Shown here in pieces: positions 31,715-43,300 of a stretch of 64,000 nt of DNA; the stretch's first letter is position 1; each line of letters begins with the position of its first letter. The notes beneath the pieces were generated by a model. It was not told where the DNA came from. It made no database searches and saw only the letters and a program-made list of their open reading frames with translations. Source of the DNA: Deltaproteobacteria bacterium (GTDB taxonomy: Bacteria; Desulfobacterota_D; UBA1144; Nemesobacterales; CSP1-2); assembly GCA_052390235.1 (NCBI GenBank), contig JBQTHB010000002.1, positions 192,001 through 256,000 of the forward strand. Direction: 5' to 3'. Both the position numbers and the translations under genes were made by a program.

Positions 31715-32473
31715 ATGAAATTGTTTCAGGATAAAGTGGTTCTAATCACTGGCGGCACATCTGGTATCGGACGAGCCACAGCAGCAGCATTCGCGCGGGA
31801 AGGCGCGAAAGTAGTCGTAACGGGCCGCCGCGAGAAAGAGGGCGAGGAAACGGTTCGGTTGATTAAAGAAGCCGGGAGCGAGGGATTTTTTATTAAAGGG
31901 GACATTAGCAGGGAAGCAGACGTCGAATCAATGGTTGAGAAGACTGTCTCCGCCTATAGCCGCCTCGATATTGCCTTCAACAACGCAGGCATCGAAGGCA
32001 TTGTCGCGCCGCTTGCGGGGCAATCCGTTGACAATTACGAGGCGGTTTTCGGTATCAACGTCAGAGGGGTTTATCTCTCGATGAAATACGAGATCCCACA
32101 GATGCTAAGCCGTGGCGGGGGCGCGATAGTCAATATGGCTTCAGTTGCGGGTTTGATAGGGTTTCCGGGGATGTCTCTATATGTCGCCAGCAAACACGCA
32201 GTGCTAGGGCTTACCAAAACGGCGGCGCTTGAATACGCTAAATCTGGGATACGTATCAATGCGCTAAATCCGGCGGCAATCGAGACCGAAATGGTAGATC
32301 GCTTTGTAGGCAGGGAAGGAGAGATCAGAGACCAACTCGCCGCCATGCACCCGATTGGCAGAATGGGGAAATCTGAAGAGATTGCAAGCGCGGCGCTTTA
32401 TCTCTGCTCGGATGGAGCCTCTTTCATCACGGGACAGTCGCTAACCATAGACGGCGGATTTACGGCTCAGTAA
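31715..32473 (+). CDS. Classical SDR oxidoreductase
   Basis: TGGTSGIG, NNAG, YVASK, HPIGRMG; SD GAGGAGG. Confidence 0.92.
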   Translation: MKLFQDKVVLITGGTSGIGRATAAAFAREGAKVVVTGRREKEGEETVRLIKEAGSEGFFIKGDISREADVESMVEKTVSAYSRLDIAFNNAGIEGIVAPLAGQSVDNYEAVFGINVRGVYLSMKYEIPQMLSRGGGAIVNMASVAGLIGFPGMSLYVASKHAVLGLTKTAALEYAKSGIRINALNPAAIETEMVDRFVGREGEIRDQLAAMHPIGRMGKSEEIASAALYLCSDGASFITGQSLTIDGGFTAQ

Positions 32474-32620
32474 TCGCTCATATCCTAATTTTTTGTTGAT
32501 TTGTGTTCCGTGCGTTCTCAGTGACTTACTAAGCTCGCCACTGGCTTGATGAGGATTAGGCGGGGATTGAGAAGCCTCGGCTTTTATCGGCGAGGGAATT
32601 TCAATCCCCGGGGCAGGTTT

Positions 32621-34186
32621 TTATCCTACTATGTTTTTGTATTCTCTCTCAAACCTCTCCGCGAGTTCTGATGCTTTGGCGTCGTATTCGGCGGCGTCTT
32701 TCCAAGTCTGCCTTGGCGCTAGGAGCTTGGCATCCACTCCGGGACAGCCCTCCGGCACGAGTAGCCCAAATATTGGGATTTCCTTGAATGAGCCTCTGGC
32801 TAGAGTCCCATCAATAGCCGCTTTTGCTAGGGCGCGGGTTTCGGGAAGCGGCATTCTCTTTCCGATTCCGTATCCGCCTCCTGTAAGTCCCGTATTGAGT
32901 AGCCATACGCTCGCCTGGCTTTTTTCGAGCCTCTCTTTGAGCATAGCGGCGTAATATACCGGCGGTCTTGGAAGGAACGGGGCTCCGAAGCAGGAGCTAA
33001 ACGTCGCCTGAGGCTCTTTCACGCCGCGCTCCGTGCCGGCTACTTTTGCCGTGTATCCGAGGATGAAGTAGCGCATTGCCTGCTCGGTTGAGAGCTTCGC
33101 TATCGGGGGAAGCACGCCGAACGCATCGTAGGTGAGCATAAATATCGTCTTTGGCGCCCCGCCCATGCCGGACGTGACGATGCGCGGGAGATAGTCTATC
33201 GGGTATGCGCCGCGCGTGTTCTCGGTGAGGGAGTCGTTGTCATAGTCAACGGCGCGGGTTTCGGGATGAATCACCACGTTCTCAAGCACCGTGCCAAATT
33301 TAAGCGAAGCCTGATGGATCTCCGGCTCAGTCTTGGGGTTGAGTTTAATCATCTTGGCGTAGCATCCGCCCTCAAAGTTGAACACCCCGCCCTCGAACCA
33401 GCCGTGTTCGTCGTCGCCTATGAGGTCGCGCTCAGGGTCGGCGGAAAGGGTGGTTTTCCCGGTGCCTGATAGCCCGAAAAAGAGCGCCACATCCGCGCCT
33501 GCGCCGACGTTTGCGGAGCAGTGCATGGGGAATACTCCCTGCGCGGGAAGGAGGAAATTAAGCGCGCTGAAGACGGATTTTTTCATCTCCCCGGCGTAAT
33601 GAGTGCCACCGATGAGGGCGATTTTCTTCTCTAAATTCAAAATAACGAAGGTTGAGCTTTTAGTTCCGTCCCTCTCCGGCACGGCTTTAAAGGTCGGGGC
33701 GCAAATCACTGTAAACCCTACGGATTTATGGGGCAGTTCTTCGGGTTTTGGCCTGATGAACAGGTTGTTGACAAAGACGTTGTGCCAGGCGAACTCCCCT
33801 ATGACGCGAATTGCCATGCGGTAGGACGGGTGCGCGCAGGAGAACAGGTCTCTTACGAATAAATCTCTGCCTTCCATATATTCGAGAACCCGCTTGTGAA
33901 GGGCGTCAAATACGGCGGGGTCAAACGGCTGATTCACTCTGCCCCAGAGTACGTCGTTTTCCGTAACCGAGTCCTTCACTATGTATCTATCCGACGGGGA
34001 GCGTCCCGTGTGGGGGGCGGTGTAGGCGACTAGGGTTCCGCCCTGAGCAATTTTGCCCTCTCCGCGGCGTATGGATTCTTCGTAGAGTTCGGGGATAGGC
34101 AGGTTGTAGTAAATCCTGCCCGGGTTTTTAATGCCTTGATTGCTTAGCAATTCTTTATCTACAGACATTTGCTTTGAATCCTCCAT
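32621..34186 (-). CDS. pckA: Phosphoenolpyruvate carboxykinase (ATP)
   Basis: YAGEMKK, MHCSAN, GLSGTGKTTLS, IGDDEHGW, NFEGGCYAK. Confidence 0.97.
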   Translation of the reverse strand: MEDSKQMSVDKELLSNQGIKNPGRIYYNLPIPELYEESIRRGEGKIAQGGTLVAYTAPHTGRSPSDRYIVKDSVTENDVLWGRVNQPFDPAVFDALHKRVLEYMEGRDLFVRDLFSCAHPSYRMAIRVIGEFAWHNVFVNNLFIRPKPEELPHKSVGFTVICAPTFKAVPERDGTKSSTFVILNLEKKIALIGGTHYAGEMKKSVFSALNFLLPAQGVFPMHCSANVGAGADVALFFGLSGTGKTTLSADPERDLIGDDEHGWFEGGVFNFEGGCYAKMIKLNPKTEPEIHQASLKFGTVLENVVIHPETRAVDYDNDSLTENTRGAYPIDYLPRIVTSGMGGAPKTIFMLTYDAFGVLPPIAKLSTEQAMRYFILGYTAKVAGTERGVKEPQATFSSCFGAPFLPRPPVYYAAMLKERLEKSQASVWLLNTGLTGGGYGIGKRMPLPETRALAKAAIDGTLARGSFKEIPIFGLLVPEGCPGVDAKLLAPRQTWKDAAEYDAKASELAERFEREYKNIVG

Positions 34187-34258
34187 TTGATTCTGCTTTA
34201 ATAAAAATTTAATAAAATGTATGGGTATCTTGGGATAAGGGGACTTATCTTACGATGG

Positions 34259-34669
34259 TTACTCGGCCGGCTCCGCTCCTAGAATTTCTATGGATCCCGC
34301 CCGGACGCCCCCGGCTATCGCCCCGAAAGGAGAGCCGCCCTCGAGATAGACTCCCTTGCTTCGGGGCGGAAGGGTTACCGGTAGCGCCCCGCGCTCTACG
34401 GCTACCTGCCTCCCGTAGCCGGAGCCGCTTGTGGAATAATACCGCACTAGGGCTTTGACGTTTTTATACTGCACGTCGCTTGTGTTCTCTATCATGACGT
34501 GATGAATTATACCTACTCCTCTTGCGGAATAAATAGAAAAGTCGGTAATTTTTATATACCTCTGGGGATGCGAAAACTGCGGATTACCGCTTTCTGGCTC
34601 ATCGCCTGCGACTGCAAAAACGTACAGACCCAATAGAACGAATGAGACGGCAATTATCCTGCGCAGCAT
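34259..34669 (-). CDS. Hypothetical exported protein
   Basis: Signal-peptide-like N-terminus, AGGAGG SD upstream. Confidence 0.6.
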   Translation of the reverse strand: MLRRIIAVSFVLLGLYVFAVAGDEPESGNPQFSHPQRYIKITDFSIYSARGVGIIHHVMIENTSDVQYKNVKALVRYYSTSGSGYGRQVAVERGALPVTLPPRSKGVYLEGGSPFGAIAGGVRAGSIEILGAEPAE

Positions 34670-34853
34670 CCTGTTTCCCTCCTTTAGAGATTCTATATTC
34701 TACCCAAATAAAATCTTAGTTCGATAGCCCCCCAATGGCAATAACCGAATCACTTAGAACTCCCCATATTCTGCCCCTCGCCCCGTTTATCTTCCCCCTC
34801 GAGTTGTGATAGACTAACCCCCAGGGCTAATCAATATCTCAGAGGTCTCGATA

Positions 34854-35519
34854 ATGGCGCGAATGGAAATTTCATCGGTGATGGAAGACTACCTCAAGGC
34901 GATTTTCACCCTTCACCGCGAAAAGGGCAGGGCTAACACCAACGACATCGCAAAAGCCGTCAAAGTGTCCGCTCCAACCGTAACGCAGACAATAAAACGC
35001 CTGGTCGAGCTTCAACTTGCCGAACACGTCCCCTACAAGGGCGTTATCCTCACCCCTGCTGGAGAGAAAATCGCTATCGAGGTCATACGCCATCACCGCC
35101 TCATCGAGCGTTACCTGCACGAAGCCCTCGGCATCCCCTGGGATCAAGTCCACAAAGAGGCTGAACTCCTAGAGCATGTCATCTCAGAAGAGGTCGAGAA
35201 GAAGATGGCGGAATTTCTGAATCACCCCACGCGAGACCCTCACGGCTCGCCGATACCGTCGCCCGATTTGGTGCTTGAAGATGAGGATTCAGTTCCGCTC
35301 TCGGATATAGGCGAGGGCGAAGAAGCCTCAGTCGCCGAGGTGCCGGACGAAGACCCGGATTTGCTCCAATATATTGAGGGGCTTGGGCTAGTTCCCAATA
35401 CGAGGTTTAGGGTTCAGAGCACAGAGCCGTACGGAGGCTCGATAGTGCTGGAGGTAGCGGGGGAGCGCGTGAGGCTTGGGGCTGAAGCCGCCCGACTCAT
35501 CAAAGCCAGAAGGCTCTAG
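34854..35519 (+). CDS. DtxR/MntR-family metal-dependent repressor with C-terminal FeoA-like domain
   Basis: EDYLKAIF, HTH, RHHRLIERYL, EAELLEH, DPHGSPIP. Confidence 0.93.
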   Translation: MARMEISSVMEDYLKAIFTLHREKGRANTNDIAKAVKVSAPTVTQTIKRLVELQLAEHVPYKGVILTPAGEKIAIEVIRHHRLIERYLHEALGIPWDQVHKEAELLEHVISEEVEKKMAEFLNHPTRDPHGSPIPSPDLVLEDEDSVPLSDIGEGEEASVAEVPDEDPDLLQYIEGLGLVPNTRFRVQSTEPYGGSIVLEVAGERVRLGAEAARLIKARRL

Positions 35520-35586
35520 GCGGTCATTTCGTTCGGCGTTTGGGATGAGAGCTACACCCCCGCCTGTCCTGGGAATCATAGAACAA

Positions 35587-37053
35587 TCACTCCATCTTCA
35601 CGCCCATGTAAATTGTGTTCTCTTCCCTTTTTATGAGAAAAAGCCCGTTTTTTCTCTTCTGTATATCGCCTAGTCCCTTCTTGTAATCGCCAATGCCACC
35701 GACGGCAATCCTGTTTATCTCGATAATAAAATCCCCGGCTCGAAATCCCGATTCCTCGGCTATGCCTCCGGGGGATACTTCGATAATTACGACCCCCGAA
35801 TCCTCGCTCAAATTAAACCGGCTTTTCAGTTCAGGGGTGATTGCTTCCCCGTTCAATCCGAGCTTCTCCTCGATTTTCGCCTCTTCGTCCTCTCCGGCGC
35901 TATCGCCCAGTGCAATCTGGTCAGGGAGTTCGCCGACGACAAGCGCAATTTCCCTCTCGCCGCCCTCTCTCATCACCTTTAGCGTCGCCTTTGACCCCGG
36001 AGCGATTTGAGCGACTTTCGACGTAAGCTCAGACACGGTGCTTATACTCTCCCCGTTTAGGGCTATGATAATGTCGCCGCGCTTGAGTCCCGATTTTTCC
36101 GCAGGCCCTTGCGGGGTGATGTCAGCCACAAGCGCCCCCTGAGTTTCCCCCAGCCCAATGCCTTCGGCTATCTCCGGCGTAACGCTCTGGATTGACACCC
36201 CAAGCCACCCGCGGACGACTTTTCCCTTGCCTTTTAGCTGCTCGACGACGCTTTTTACTATATTTATCGGAATGGCGAACCCTATTCCCTGTCCTCCGGC
36301 GATGATGGCGCTATCAACCCCGACTACCTCTCCTTTGAGGTTGAAAAGCGGCCCTCCGCTGTTGCCGGGATTTATCGCCGCGTCGGTTTGAATAAAATCG
36401 TCGTAGTTGCCGAGTCCAAGCACTCTCCCCGTTGCGCTGACTATCCCCGCCGTAACCGTGTGTCCAAGCCCGAAGGGGTTTCCTATGGCGATGACCCAAT
36501 CCCCTATGCGAAGGGCGGAGGAGTCGCCGAGAACTACGGCTTTCATTTCCTCTTTCGCCTCGATTTTAAGAAGCGCAAGGTCGGTTTTCGGGTCTTTGCC
36601 GACGATTTTGGCTTTATACTTTTTGCCGTCCTCTAGGATGATTTCGATGTCCTCGGCTCGGTCAATTACGTGGTTGTTCGTTACGATGTAGCCGTCCTCG
36701 CTGATGATAAACCCTGAACCGAGTCCCTTTTGCCGAAATTCCCTCTGCGGAATCTGCTGTCCAAAGAATTTTTTAAAGAACTCCTCGAACTGGTCTCCCT
36801 CGCCGAAAGGGGATTTATATTGAAACCCCCTTTGACGCACTACGCTCGTCGTGCTTATGTTGACGACCGAGGGCTTCATGGTCTGCACCAAATCGGCAAA
36901 GGACGGAAACCCCTGAGCGGGAATTTCTGCCGCCCCCTGCTGCGCGCCGGATTCGGGTTCTTTGGCGTCGTTTTTTGGCGCCCTCTCGCACGATGCGAAA
37001 AACGCCAGCGCAATCAACGGTATTAGAACAGCAAAGGACAAAAACCGCTTCAT
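35587..37053 (-). CDS. DegP/DegQ (HtrA) serine endoprotease with two PDZ domains
   Basis: TNNHV, DLALLKI, QTDAAINPGNSGG; lipobox-like FFASC. Confidence 0.95.
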   Translation of the reverse strand: MKRFLSFAVLIPLIALAFFASCERAPKNDAKEPESGAQQGAAEIPAQGFPSFADLVQTMKPSVVNISTTSVVRQRGFQYKSPFGEGDQFEEFFKKFFGQQIPQREFRQKGLGSGFIISEDGYIVTNNHVIDRAEDIEIILEDGKKYKAKIVGKDPKTDLALLKIEAKEEMKAVVLGDSSALRIGDWVIAIGNPFGLGHTVTAGIVSATGRVLGLGNYDDFIQTDAAINPGNSGGPLFNLKGEVVGVDSAIIAGGQGIGFAIPINIVKSVVEQLKGKGKVVRGWLGVSIQSVTPEIAEGIGLGETQGALVADITPQGPAEKSGLKRGDIIIALNGESISTVSELTSKVAQIAPGSKATLKVMREGGEREIALVVGELPDQIALGDSAGEDEEAKIEEKLGLNGEAITPELKSRFNLSEDSGVVIIEVSPGGIAEESGFRAGDFIIEINRIAVGGIGDYKKGLGDIQKRKNGLFLIKREENTIYMGVKME

Positions 37054-37183
37054 AAATTACCTCCTGCGGGCGGACTTAGTACGGAGAGGCCGCGCCTTTG
37101 GAATTTTATTATAGCATAACCCGTTCTGCGGGATTCACGATGACAATATGGGGTTCTAGGGCGTCGCTCCGAGTCCCACTCTC

Positions 37184-37270
37184 GTCATTTCGAGCGATAG
37201 AGAGAAATCTTACAATACGGTGAGAAATCCTGAATTGAATTTCTCAGTCGCAAAGCCCCATCAAAATGAC
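37184..37270. repeat. Single REP-like element (GTCATTTCG...AAATGAC)
   Basis: Same termini and internal GAGAAATC motif as the units at 21753-21831 and 42191-42253. Confidence 0.7.
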
Positions 37271-37368
37271 ATATTCCGCTCGCGCCGCTGGGCTTCCCCT
37301 CATACTCATTTAACAAATGGATTGCGCTAGAAATCTCCCCCTGCGTTCTGTAGAATTTCCCCTCAGAG

Positions 37369-38418
37369 ATGAAACGAAAATCCATTGCCGAGCTTCTTGG
37401 AATCGAGCTTCCAATCATCCAAGCCCCAATGGCTGGGTCCCAGGGTAGCCCCTTGGCCATCGCCGTCTCCGAAGCCGGAGGGCTCGGTTCGCTCCCCTGC
37501 GCGATGCTCGCGCCGGATGCGATGAGACGAGAGCTTTCCGCTATAAAGTCTGCCACGTCAAAGCCGGTCAGCGTCAATTTCTTCTGCCATGCGGCTCCCA
37601 AACCTGACCCGGAGCGGGAGCGCGCATGGAGGGAGATTCTCGCCCCCTACTACAGGGAGTTTCAAATTGACATCGGGAGCATTCCCGCCGGAGGCGGACG
37701 CGAGCCGTTCGGTCATGACGCAGCCGATGTTATAGCCGAATTTAAGCCCGCAGTCGTGAGTTTCCACTTTGGTCTTCCATCTGGGGATTTGCTTCGGCGC
37801 GCGCAGGGGAGCGGGGCGAAGATTCTCTCCACGGCTACGACTGTGAATGAGGCTCTATGGCTTGAGGAGAGGGGTGTTGACGCCGTCATTGCGCAGGGGC
37901 TTGAGGCAGGAGGGCATCGGGGGATGTTCTTATCGAGCGACGTATCCGAGCAGGCAGGCACGTTCGTCCTTGTCCCGCAGATTGTACAGGCAGTGAAAAT
38001 TCCCGTCATAGCCGCAGGCGGGATTGCCGATGCAAGGGCAGTAGCCGCCGCTATTTCGCTCGGAGCATCGGGGGTGCAGGTTGGCACGGCGTATCTGCTC
38101 TGCCCGGAGGCGGCGACAAGCCCAGTGCATCGAAGCTGGCTTGCCGGCAATGCGGCGCGGCACACGGCTATAACTAATATACTCTCAGGGCGTCCAGCGC
38201 GAGGAATAGTAAATCGAATCATCCGCGAGCTTGGGCTGATAAACCCCAACGCCCCCGAATTTCCGCTTGCCTCAGCCGCTCTCGCTCCCATCCGCGCCAA
38301 AGCCGAAAGTATGGGTATTGGGGATTTCTCGCCGCTTTGGGCGGGGCAGAACATCGGAGGGTGCGCCGAGGTTCCCGCCGCCGCGCTCACAGCCCGGCTA
38401 GCAGAGGGAGTGTATTAG
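37369..38418 (+). CDS. Nitronate monooxygenase family flavoprotein
   Basis: PIIQAPMAG, VSFHFGLP, QGLEAGGHRG, AAGGIAD, SGRPARG, LWAGQ. Confidence 0.92.
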   Translation: MKRKSIAELLGIELPIIQAPMAGSQGSPLAIAVSEAGGLGSLPCAMLAPDAMRRELSAIKSATSKPVSVNFFCHAAPKPDPERERAWREILAPYYREFQIDIGSIPAGGGREPFGHDAADVIAEFKPAVVSFHFGLPSGDLLRRAQGSGAKILSTATTVNEALWLEERGVDAVIAQGLEAGGHRGMFLSSDVSEQAGTFVLVPQIVQAVKIPVIAAGGIADARAVAAAISLGASGVQVGTAYLLCPEAATSPVHRSWLAGNAARHTAITNILSGRPARGIVNRIIRELGLINPNAPEFPLASAALAPIRAKAESMGIGDFSPLWAGQNIGGCAEVPAAALTARLAEGVY

Positions 38419-38572
38419 AAAATTCCCTCTGGGCTCGGTACCGCCGCCGCGATGGCTTCGGCTATTGAAAAGGACGGGGATTCACATCGCCCTCTATATT
38501 CGCTTCGCCGCGGGCAGGGCGAGAATCGCCGATGCGTATGTGGCGGCATTTTAAATTCGTGGAGGTGAGCAA

Positions 38573-39652
38573 ATGTCCAATTCCGATTTTGATGAGGCGC
38601 GCGCCGAGGCGTTCTCCTCATATCTGCTACAAACCCTGAACGGAGGGGCTTTGTGTCTGATGATTTCCGTCGGACACCGCACGGGGCTATTTGATGCAAT
38701 GAGCGCTCTGCCCCCTTCAACGTCCGATGAGATTGCCAATGCCGCATCGCTCTGTGAACGTTATGTCCGCGAGTGGCTTGGGGCTATGGTAACGGGGCGA
38801 GTGGTCGAGCTAAATCCCGAAACCTCGCGCTATTTCCTTCCAAAAGAACACGCGGCGCTCCTCACGAGGGCGGCGGTATCGGATAATATTTCCGTCTTTG
38901 CTCAATACATAGCGGTTCTCGGAGGCGTCGAAGATGAAATAGTCGAGCGCTTCAAAAAAGGCGGCGGCGTTCCATACTCGAAATTTACGCGCTTCCACGA
39001 GGTAATGGCCGAAGACAGCGGGCAGTCGGTCATCTCGTCTCTGGAATCGCACATCATCCCTCTTGTGCCGGGGCTTGCCCAAAAATTCGCCGGCGGCGTC
39101 CGAATGCTAGATGTTGGATGTGGCAGGGGGCGGATTATAAATCGCCTAGCCGCGCTGTATCCAAAGAGCCGGTTTACTGGCATAGATTTATCCGAGGAAG
39201 CAATTGCCTATGCGAGGGGCGAAGCGTTAAGGGCGGGATGCTCGAATGTTGATTTTACTGCGCGGGATTTGAGCGATTTCCACGAGACAGCCGAGCCAGA
39301 GTCTTTCGATTTCATCACCACCTTTGACGCAGTGCATGACCAAGCCAAGCCGCTGAGTGTCCTCATGGGAATCCACAGAGCGCTAAAGCCCGAAGGCGTA
39401 TATCTGATGCAGGATATAAGTGGAACGAGCCATCTTCACAAGGACACGGCGCATCCCATCGGGACTCTGCTCTACACGGTCTCCTGTATGCACTGTATGA
39501 CGGTATCGTTAGCGCAAGGGGGAGAGGGGGTTGGGGCTATGTGGGGAGAGGAGATGACTCGCAGGTACCTCGCCAAAGCGGGATTCCGCTCTGTTGAGAC
39601 CCACACGCTCGCCCACGACATTCAGAATAACTGGTACGTTGCGAGGAAGTGA
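38573..39652 (+). CDS. SAM-dependent methyltransferase with N-terminal winged HTH (Rv2258c-like)
   Basis: GHRTGLF, ERYVREWL, LDVGCGRG, FDAVHD, SCMHCMTVSLA. Confidence 0.88.
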   Translation: MSNSDFDEARAEAFSSYLLQTLNGGALCLMISVGHRTGLFDAMSALPPSTSDEIANAASLCERYVREWLGAMVTGRVVELNPETSRYFLPKEHAALLTRAAVSDNISVFAQYIAVLGGVEDEIVERFKKGGGVPYSKFTRFHEVMAEDSGQSVISSLESHIIPLVPGLAQKFAGGVRMLDVGCGRGRIINRLAALYPKSRFTGIDLSEEAIAYARGEALRAGCSNVDFTARDLSDFHETAEPESFDFITTFDAVHDQAKPLSVLMGIHRALKPEGVYLMQDISGTSHLHKDTAHPIGTLLYTVSCMHCMTVSLAQGGEGVGAMWGEEMTRRYLAKAGFRSVETHTLAHDIQNNWYVARK

Positions 39653-39690
39653 TTGTATGAGTCGCGCCATTTTTCTGCTTTCGCCTAGAA

Positions 39691-42015
39691 TTAAAGTTTT
39701 ATCCCTCTGAGCCTCAGGGCGTTGGCAATGACCGACACCGAGCTGAGAGTCATCGCCAATGCCGCCAACATCGGACTCATCAGCCATCCGAGCCACGGAT
39801 AGAGCGCGCCGGCGGCAATGGGAACTGCGGCGGCGTTGTAAATAAAGGCGAAAAAGAGATTTTCTTTGATATTTCGCATCGCGGCGCGGCTGAGTTCCAC
39901 CGCCTGCACAACCGCCGCCAAATCGCTTCTCAGAAGGGTAACCCCGGCGGCTTGCTTGGCGATGTCCGCCCCCGCCCCCATAGCCAGCCCCACATCTGCC
40001 TGAGCGAGCGCCGGAGCGTCGTTCACCCCGTCTCCAGCCATTGCCACGATATTCCCCTCGGCTTGGAGCTTTTTGACGATTTCGGCTTTATTGATGGGGG
40101 ACATGGCGGCATAGACCTCGCCGATTCCGAGCGCGGAAGCTGCGATGCGGCTGTTCGCTTCGCCGTCTCCGGTAGCGATAACGACTCGAATCCCCATTTG
40201 CCGTAGCCGGGAAACCGCGCTCAGCGACGATTCCCGTATCTTATCGCGGATGCCTATGACTCCGGCGGGCAGGGCATCAATAGCGATGAACACAGCCGTC
40301 TGCCCCCGCGCTCTCAATTGTTCTGCCCTCTCCATGAGATGGGAAATATCAATCCCAAGCCCTGCGAATAGATACTCATTTCCGGCGGCGATGGATTTGT
40401 TGTCGACCGAGCCGGTTACGCCGCTCCCCGGCGCATAGCGAAAATCCTCGGCCGCTGGGATGCTGATTCCCCTGCGCGCCGCTTCCCGCGCTATAGCCGA
40501 TGCAAGCGGGTGTTCGCTTCCGCCCTCGACGGCCGCCGAGAGCCGAATAAGTTCTGTCTCTGAGTATTCACCGTAGGGAAGGGCCGAGACGACGGCGGGC
40601 TTGCCCTCTGTTATCGTGCCGGTTTTATCCAAGACCAAAACCTGAATTTTGCCGAGGACTTCAAGCGCCTCCGCGCTTTTTATTAGCACCCCCGACTGCG
40701 TTCCCCTGCCCACGGCAACTGTTACGGACATCGGAGTGGCAAGCCCCAGCGCGCACGGACAGGCGATTATCAGCGCCGATGCGGCGGCGGCGATGGCGTG
40801 GGGCAGATTCGGCTCAGACGGCAGAGCGAGCCAAGAGGCAAACGAAATTGCGGCGATGAGAAAAACCACAGGCACAAAATACGAAGAGATGGCGTCAGCG
40901 AGCCTCTGCGCAGGGGCCCGGCTTGCGAGGGTGGCGTTAACCGTCTGCGTTATCCGAGCAATCATGGTGTCATCCCCTACCTTCTCGGCGCGCATCACAA
41001 ACGCTCCCATGAGATTCAGCGTTCCGCCCGTAACGGGGTCGCCCCCCGCTTTCTCCACGGGAATCGGCTCGCCGGTTATCATGGATTCGTCCACTGAGCT
41101 ACTCCCTTCTATCAGCGCTCCATCTACTGGGATTGTCTCTCCGGGGCGAACCCTGAGGCTATCGCCGCGCCTTATGGTCTCAACAGGCACGCTCTGTTCC
41201 GTACCGTCATGGCGTATAACTGCCGCCCTCCGGGGAACTAGGCTCATCAGCGAGAGAATCGCGGAGCGGGTTTGGCGGCGGGCTTTGAGTTCGAGAATCT
41301 GCCCAAGAATCGTCAGGGTTACAATGACCGAGGCCGACTCGAAATAGACATTCCCCGCGGGATTGCCCGAAACTGCCGAAATAGCGGCGGACACCGCGCT
41401 GTAGAGATAGGCGACTCCGACCCCCACAGCGATGAGCGTAAACATATTGGGGCTCCGATTCACGATGGACGCCCACGCCCGGTGGAAAATGGGAAACCCT
41501 CCCCACAGGACGACGGGAGTAGTGAAAACGAACTGAAGCCCGATGAGAGCGGCAGAAGTAGCGCTGCCCATATCGAACATTGCGATAATAAACACCGGCG
41601 CAGTGAGCGCCAGGCACGTCCAAAACCGCTTTGTCATTCGGGAGAGTTCCAATACGCCCTCTTCGCGCGCAACGCGCCGAGGCTCTAAATCCATGCCGCA
41701 GATGGGGCAGAACCCCGGGGCGGACTGCCTCACCTCCAAATCCATCGGACAGAAATACTCGGCCTCTCCCGGAGGTATAGAGGGGGCTAGCGAGGCGGAA
41801 TCATCTGTGGCGGGCTGGAGGAATTTATCCGGGTCTCGACGGAATTTATCCAAACACGCGGCGCAGCAAAAGTAATAGGTGCTCCCCTCGTGAGCATGAC
41901 GGATGGCGGCGGCATCAGGGGTTACGCTCATACCGCAGACGGGGTCTCGCTCAGGCGGCGGCGAGGACTCTATTCTGCCAATCGGTTTATAGGTTCTTTT
42001 CGCAGTCGTTGACAT
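39691..42015 (-). CDS. copA: Copper-translocating P1B-type ATPase with YHS and heavy-metal-binding N-terminal domains
   Basis: [42 protein letters not shown]/MxxSS Cu(I) signature; GAGGGGAG SD at 42015. Confidence 0.9.
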   Translation of the reverse strand: MSTTAKRTYKPIGRIESSPPPERDPVCGMSVTPDAAAIRHAHEGSTYYFCCAACLDKFRRDPDKFLQPATDDSASLAPSIPPGEAEYFCPMDLEVRQSAPGFCPICGMDLEPRRVAREEGVLELSRMTKRFWTCLALTAPVFIIAMFDMGSATSAALIGLQFVFTTPVVLWGGFPIFHRAWASIVNRSPNMFTLIAVGVGVAYLYSAVSAAISAVSGNPAGNVYFESASVIVTLTILGQILELKARRQTRSAILSLMSLVPRRAAVIRHDGTEQSVPVETIRRGDSLRVRPGETIPVDGALIEGSSSVDESMITGEPIPVEKAGGDPVTGGTLNLMGAFVMRAEKVGDDTMIARITQTVNATLASRAPAQRLADAISSYFVPVVFLIAAISFASWLALPSEPNLPHAIAAAASALIIACPCALGLATPMSVTVAVGRGTQSGVLIKSAEALEVLGKIQVLVLDKTGTITEGKPAVVSALPYGEYSETELIRLSAAVEGGSEHPLASAIAREAARRGISIPAAEDFRYAPGSGVTGSVDNKSIAAGNEYLFAGLGIDISHLMERAEQLRARGQTAVFIAIDALPAGVIGIRDKIRESSLSAVSRLRQMGIRVVIATGDGEANSRIAASALGIGEVYAAMSPINKAEIVKKLQAEGNIVAMAGDGVNDAPALAQADVGLAMGAGADIAKQAAGVTLLRSDLAAVVQAVELSRAAMRNIKENLFFAFIYNAAAVPIAAGALYPWLGWLMSPMLAALAMTLSSVSVIANALRLRGIKL

Positions 42016-42170
42016 TTCTCCCCTCGCCTTCTTTAGATGTTTCATTTACGCGCACAGATGTCAAGGATTGGGGGATATGTGAGGCGCGATGGAAGATGAA
42101 AATACATTAGCCCCGAACCGCGCCGAGGGATGAAACGCCTCTCAATAGGGGAGCAAACCCCTCGGATGGC

Positions 42171-42272
42171 GTCATTTCGACTCCCGCCCCTGTCATTTCG
42201 AGCGATAGCGAGAAATCCTGAGTAAGATTCTCCTCCCTCGGTTTGGAATGACACGGCGCAATGGCAATGACA
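42171..42272. repeat. REP-like element(s) between copA and lsrF
   Basis: TGTCATTTCGAGCGATAGCGAGAAATC...GATTC...GGAATGACA. Confidence 0.7.
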
Positions 42273-42390
42273 ACGCCCCACTCAGGCGAGATACCGTCCC
42301 GCGTATCGCACATCCCACAATTGTTGACTTTATCTGCCGCGTCCATTAAATTTTCCCACAAAAAATCACATTGAAAGAGGTAATCCCAAA

Positions 42391-43206
42391 ATGGACTGGG
42401 GAATGAAAAACCGTATGGCTAGAATCATAAAACCCGAAACGGGGCGCGCGGTGATGCTTGCCGTGGACCACGGCTATTTTCTTGGGCCCACGTCGAGACT
42501 CGAGGTTCCGAGGGAAACCATCACGCCGCTGATTCCCTATGCCGACACCCTCATGCTCACACGTGGGGTTTTGCGCTCCTCGGTTGATGCGGATTCGAGC
42601 GTGAACGTGGTTCTGAGGGTTTCCGGCGGGACTAGCATAATAGGCCCCGCGCTCTCTGATGAGGGCATCACGACCTCAATCAAAGACGCTATCCGGCTCA
42701 ACGTTGCGGGCATAGGGCTATCGGTGTTCGTGGGAACGGAACACGAGCGGCAGACCCTTCTGTCTCTCGCCGAGCTTGTCAATCAGGGCGAGGAATACGG
42801 GATACCGGTGCTTGCCATAACGGCGGTAGGGCGCGAGCTTGAAAAGAGGGACGCCCGTTTTCTTTCACTCTGCTCCAGAATCTGCGCTGAACTCGGAGCG
42901 CACATCGTGAAAACCTACTACTGCGAGGATTTCGAGAAGGTTACGCAGAGCTGTCCCGTGCCTATAGTCATAGCCGGGGGCCCGAGGCTCAACACCGAAC
43001 TCGACGCCCTTGAGATGTGCCACAACGCCGTAAAGCAGGGCGCGGTAGGCGTGGATATGGGCAGAAATATCTGGCAGTCGGATTATCCCGTGCCGATGAT
43101 TCGCGCCATCAGAGCGGTTGTCCATGAGAATTACACCCCGAAGCAGGCGCACGAGGTGTTTAGAGCGGCTAAGGAAGAGGAAGCGGACAGGGCGGCGGCT
43201 GGGTAA
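42391..43206 (+). CDS. lsrF: LsrF-like class I aldolase/thiolase
   Basis: MDWGMKNRMARI, AVDHGYFLGP, VKTYYC, VDMGRNIWQS. Confidence 0.82.
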   Translation: MDWGMKNRMARIIKPETGRAVMLAVDHGYFLGPTSRLEVPRETITPLIPYADTLMLTRGVLRSSVDADSSVNVVLRVSGGTSIIGPALSDEGITTSIKDAIRLNVAGIGLSVFVGTEHERQTLLSLAELVNQGEEYGIPVLAITAVGRELEKRDARFLSLCSRICAELGAHIVKTYYCEDFEKVTQSCPVPIVIAGGPRLNTELDALEMCHNAVKQGAVGVDMGRNIWQSDYPVPMIRAIRAVVHENYTPKQAHEVFRAAKEEEADRAAAG

Positions 43207-43300
43207 TTCGCATTGGGGATAAATAACATGAGATTGTGTGTGATATATAGCGGCGCGCAGTCTCGAAGGATGTTGGTATCCACTCGCACTGAGGTATAAA

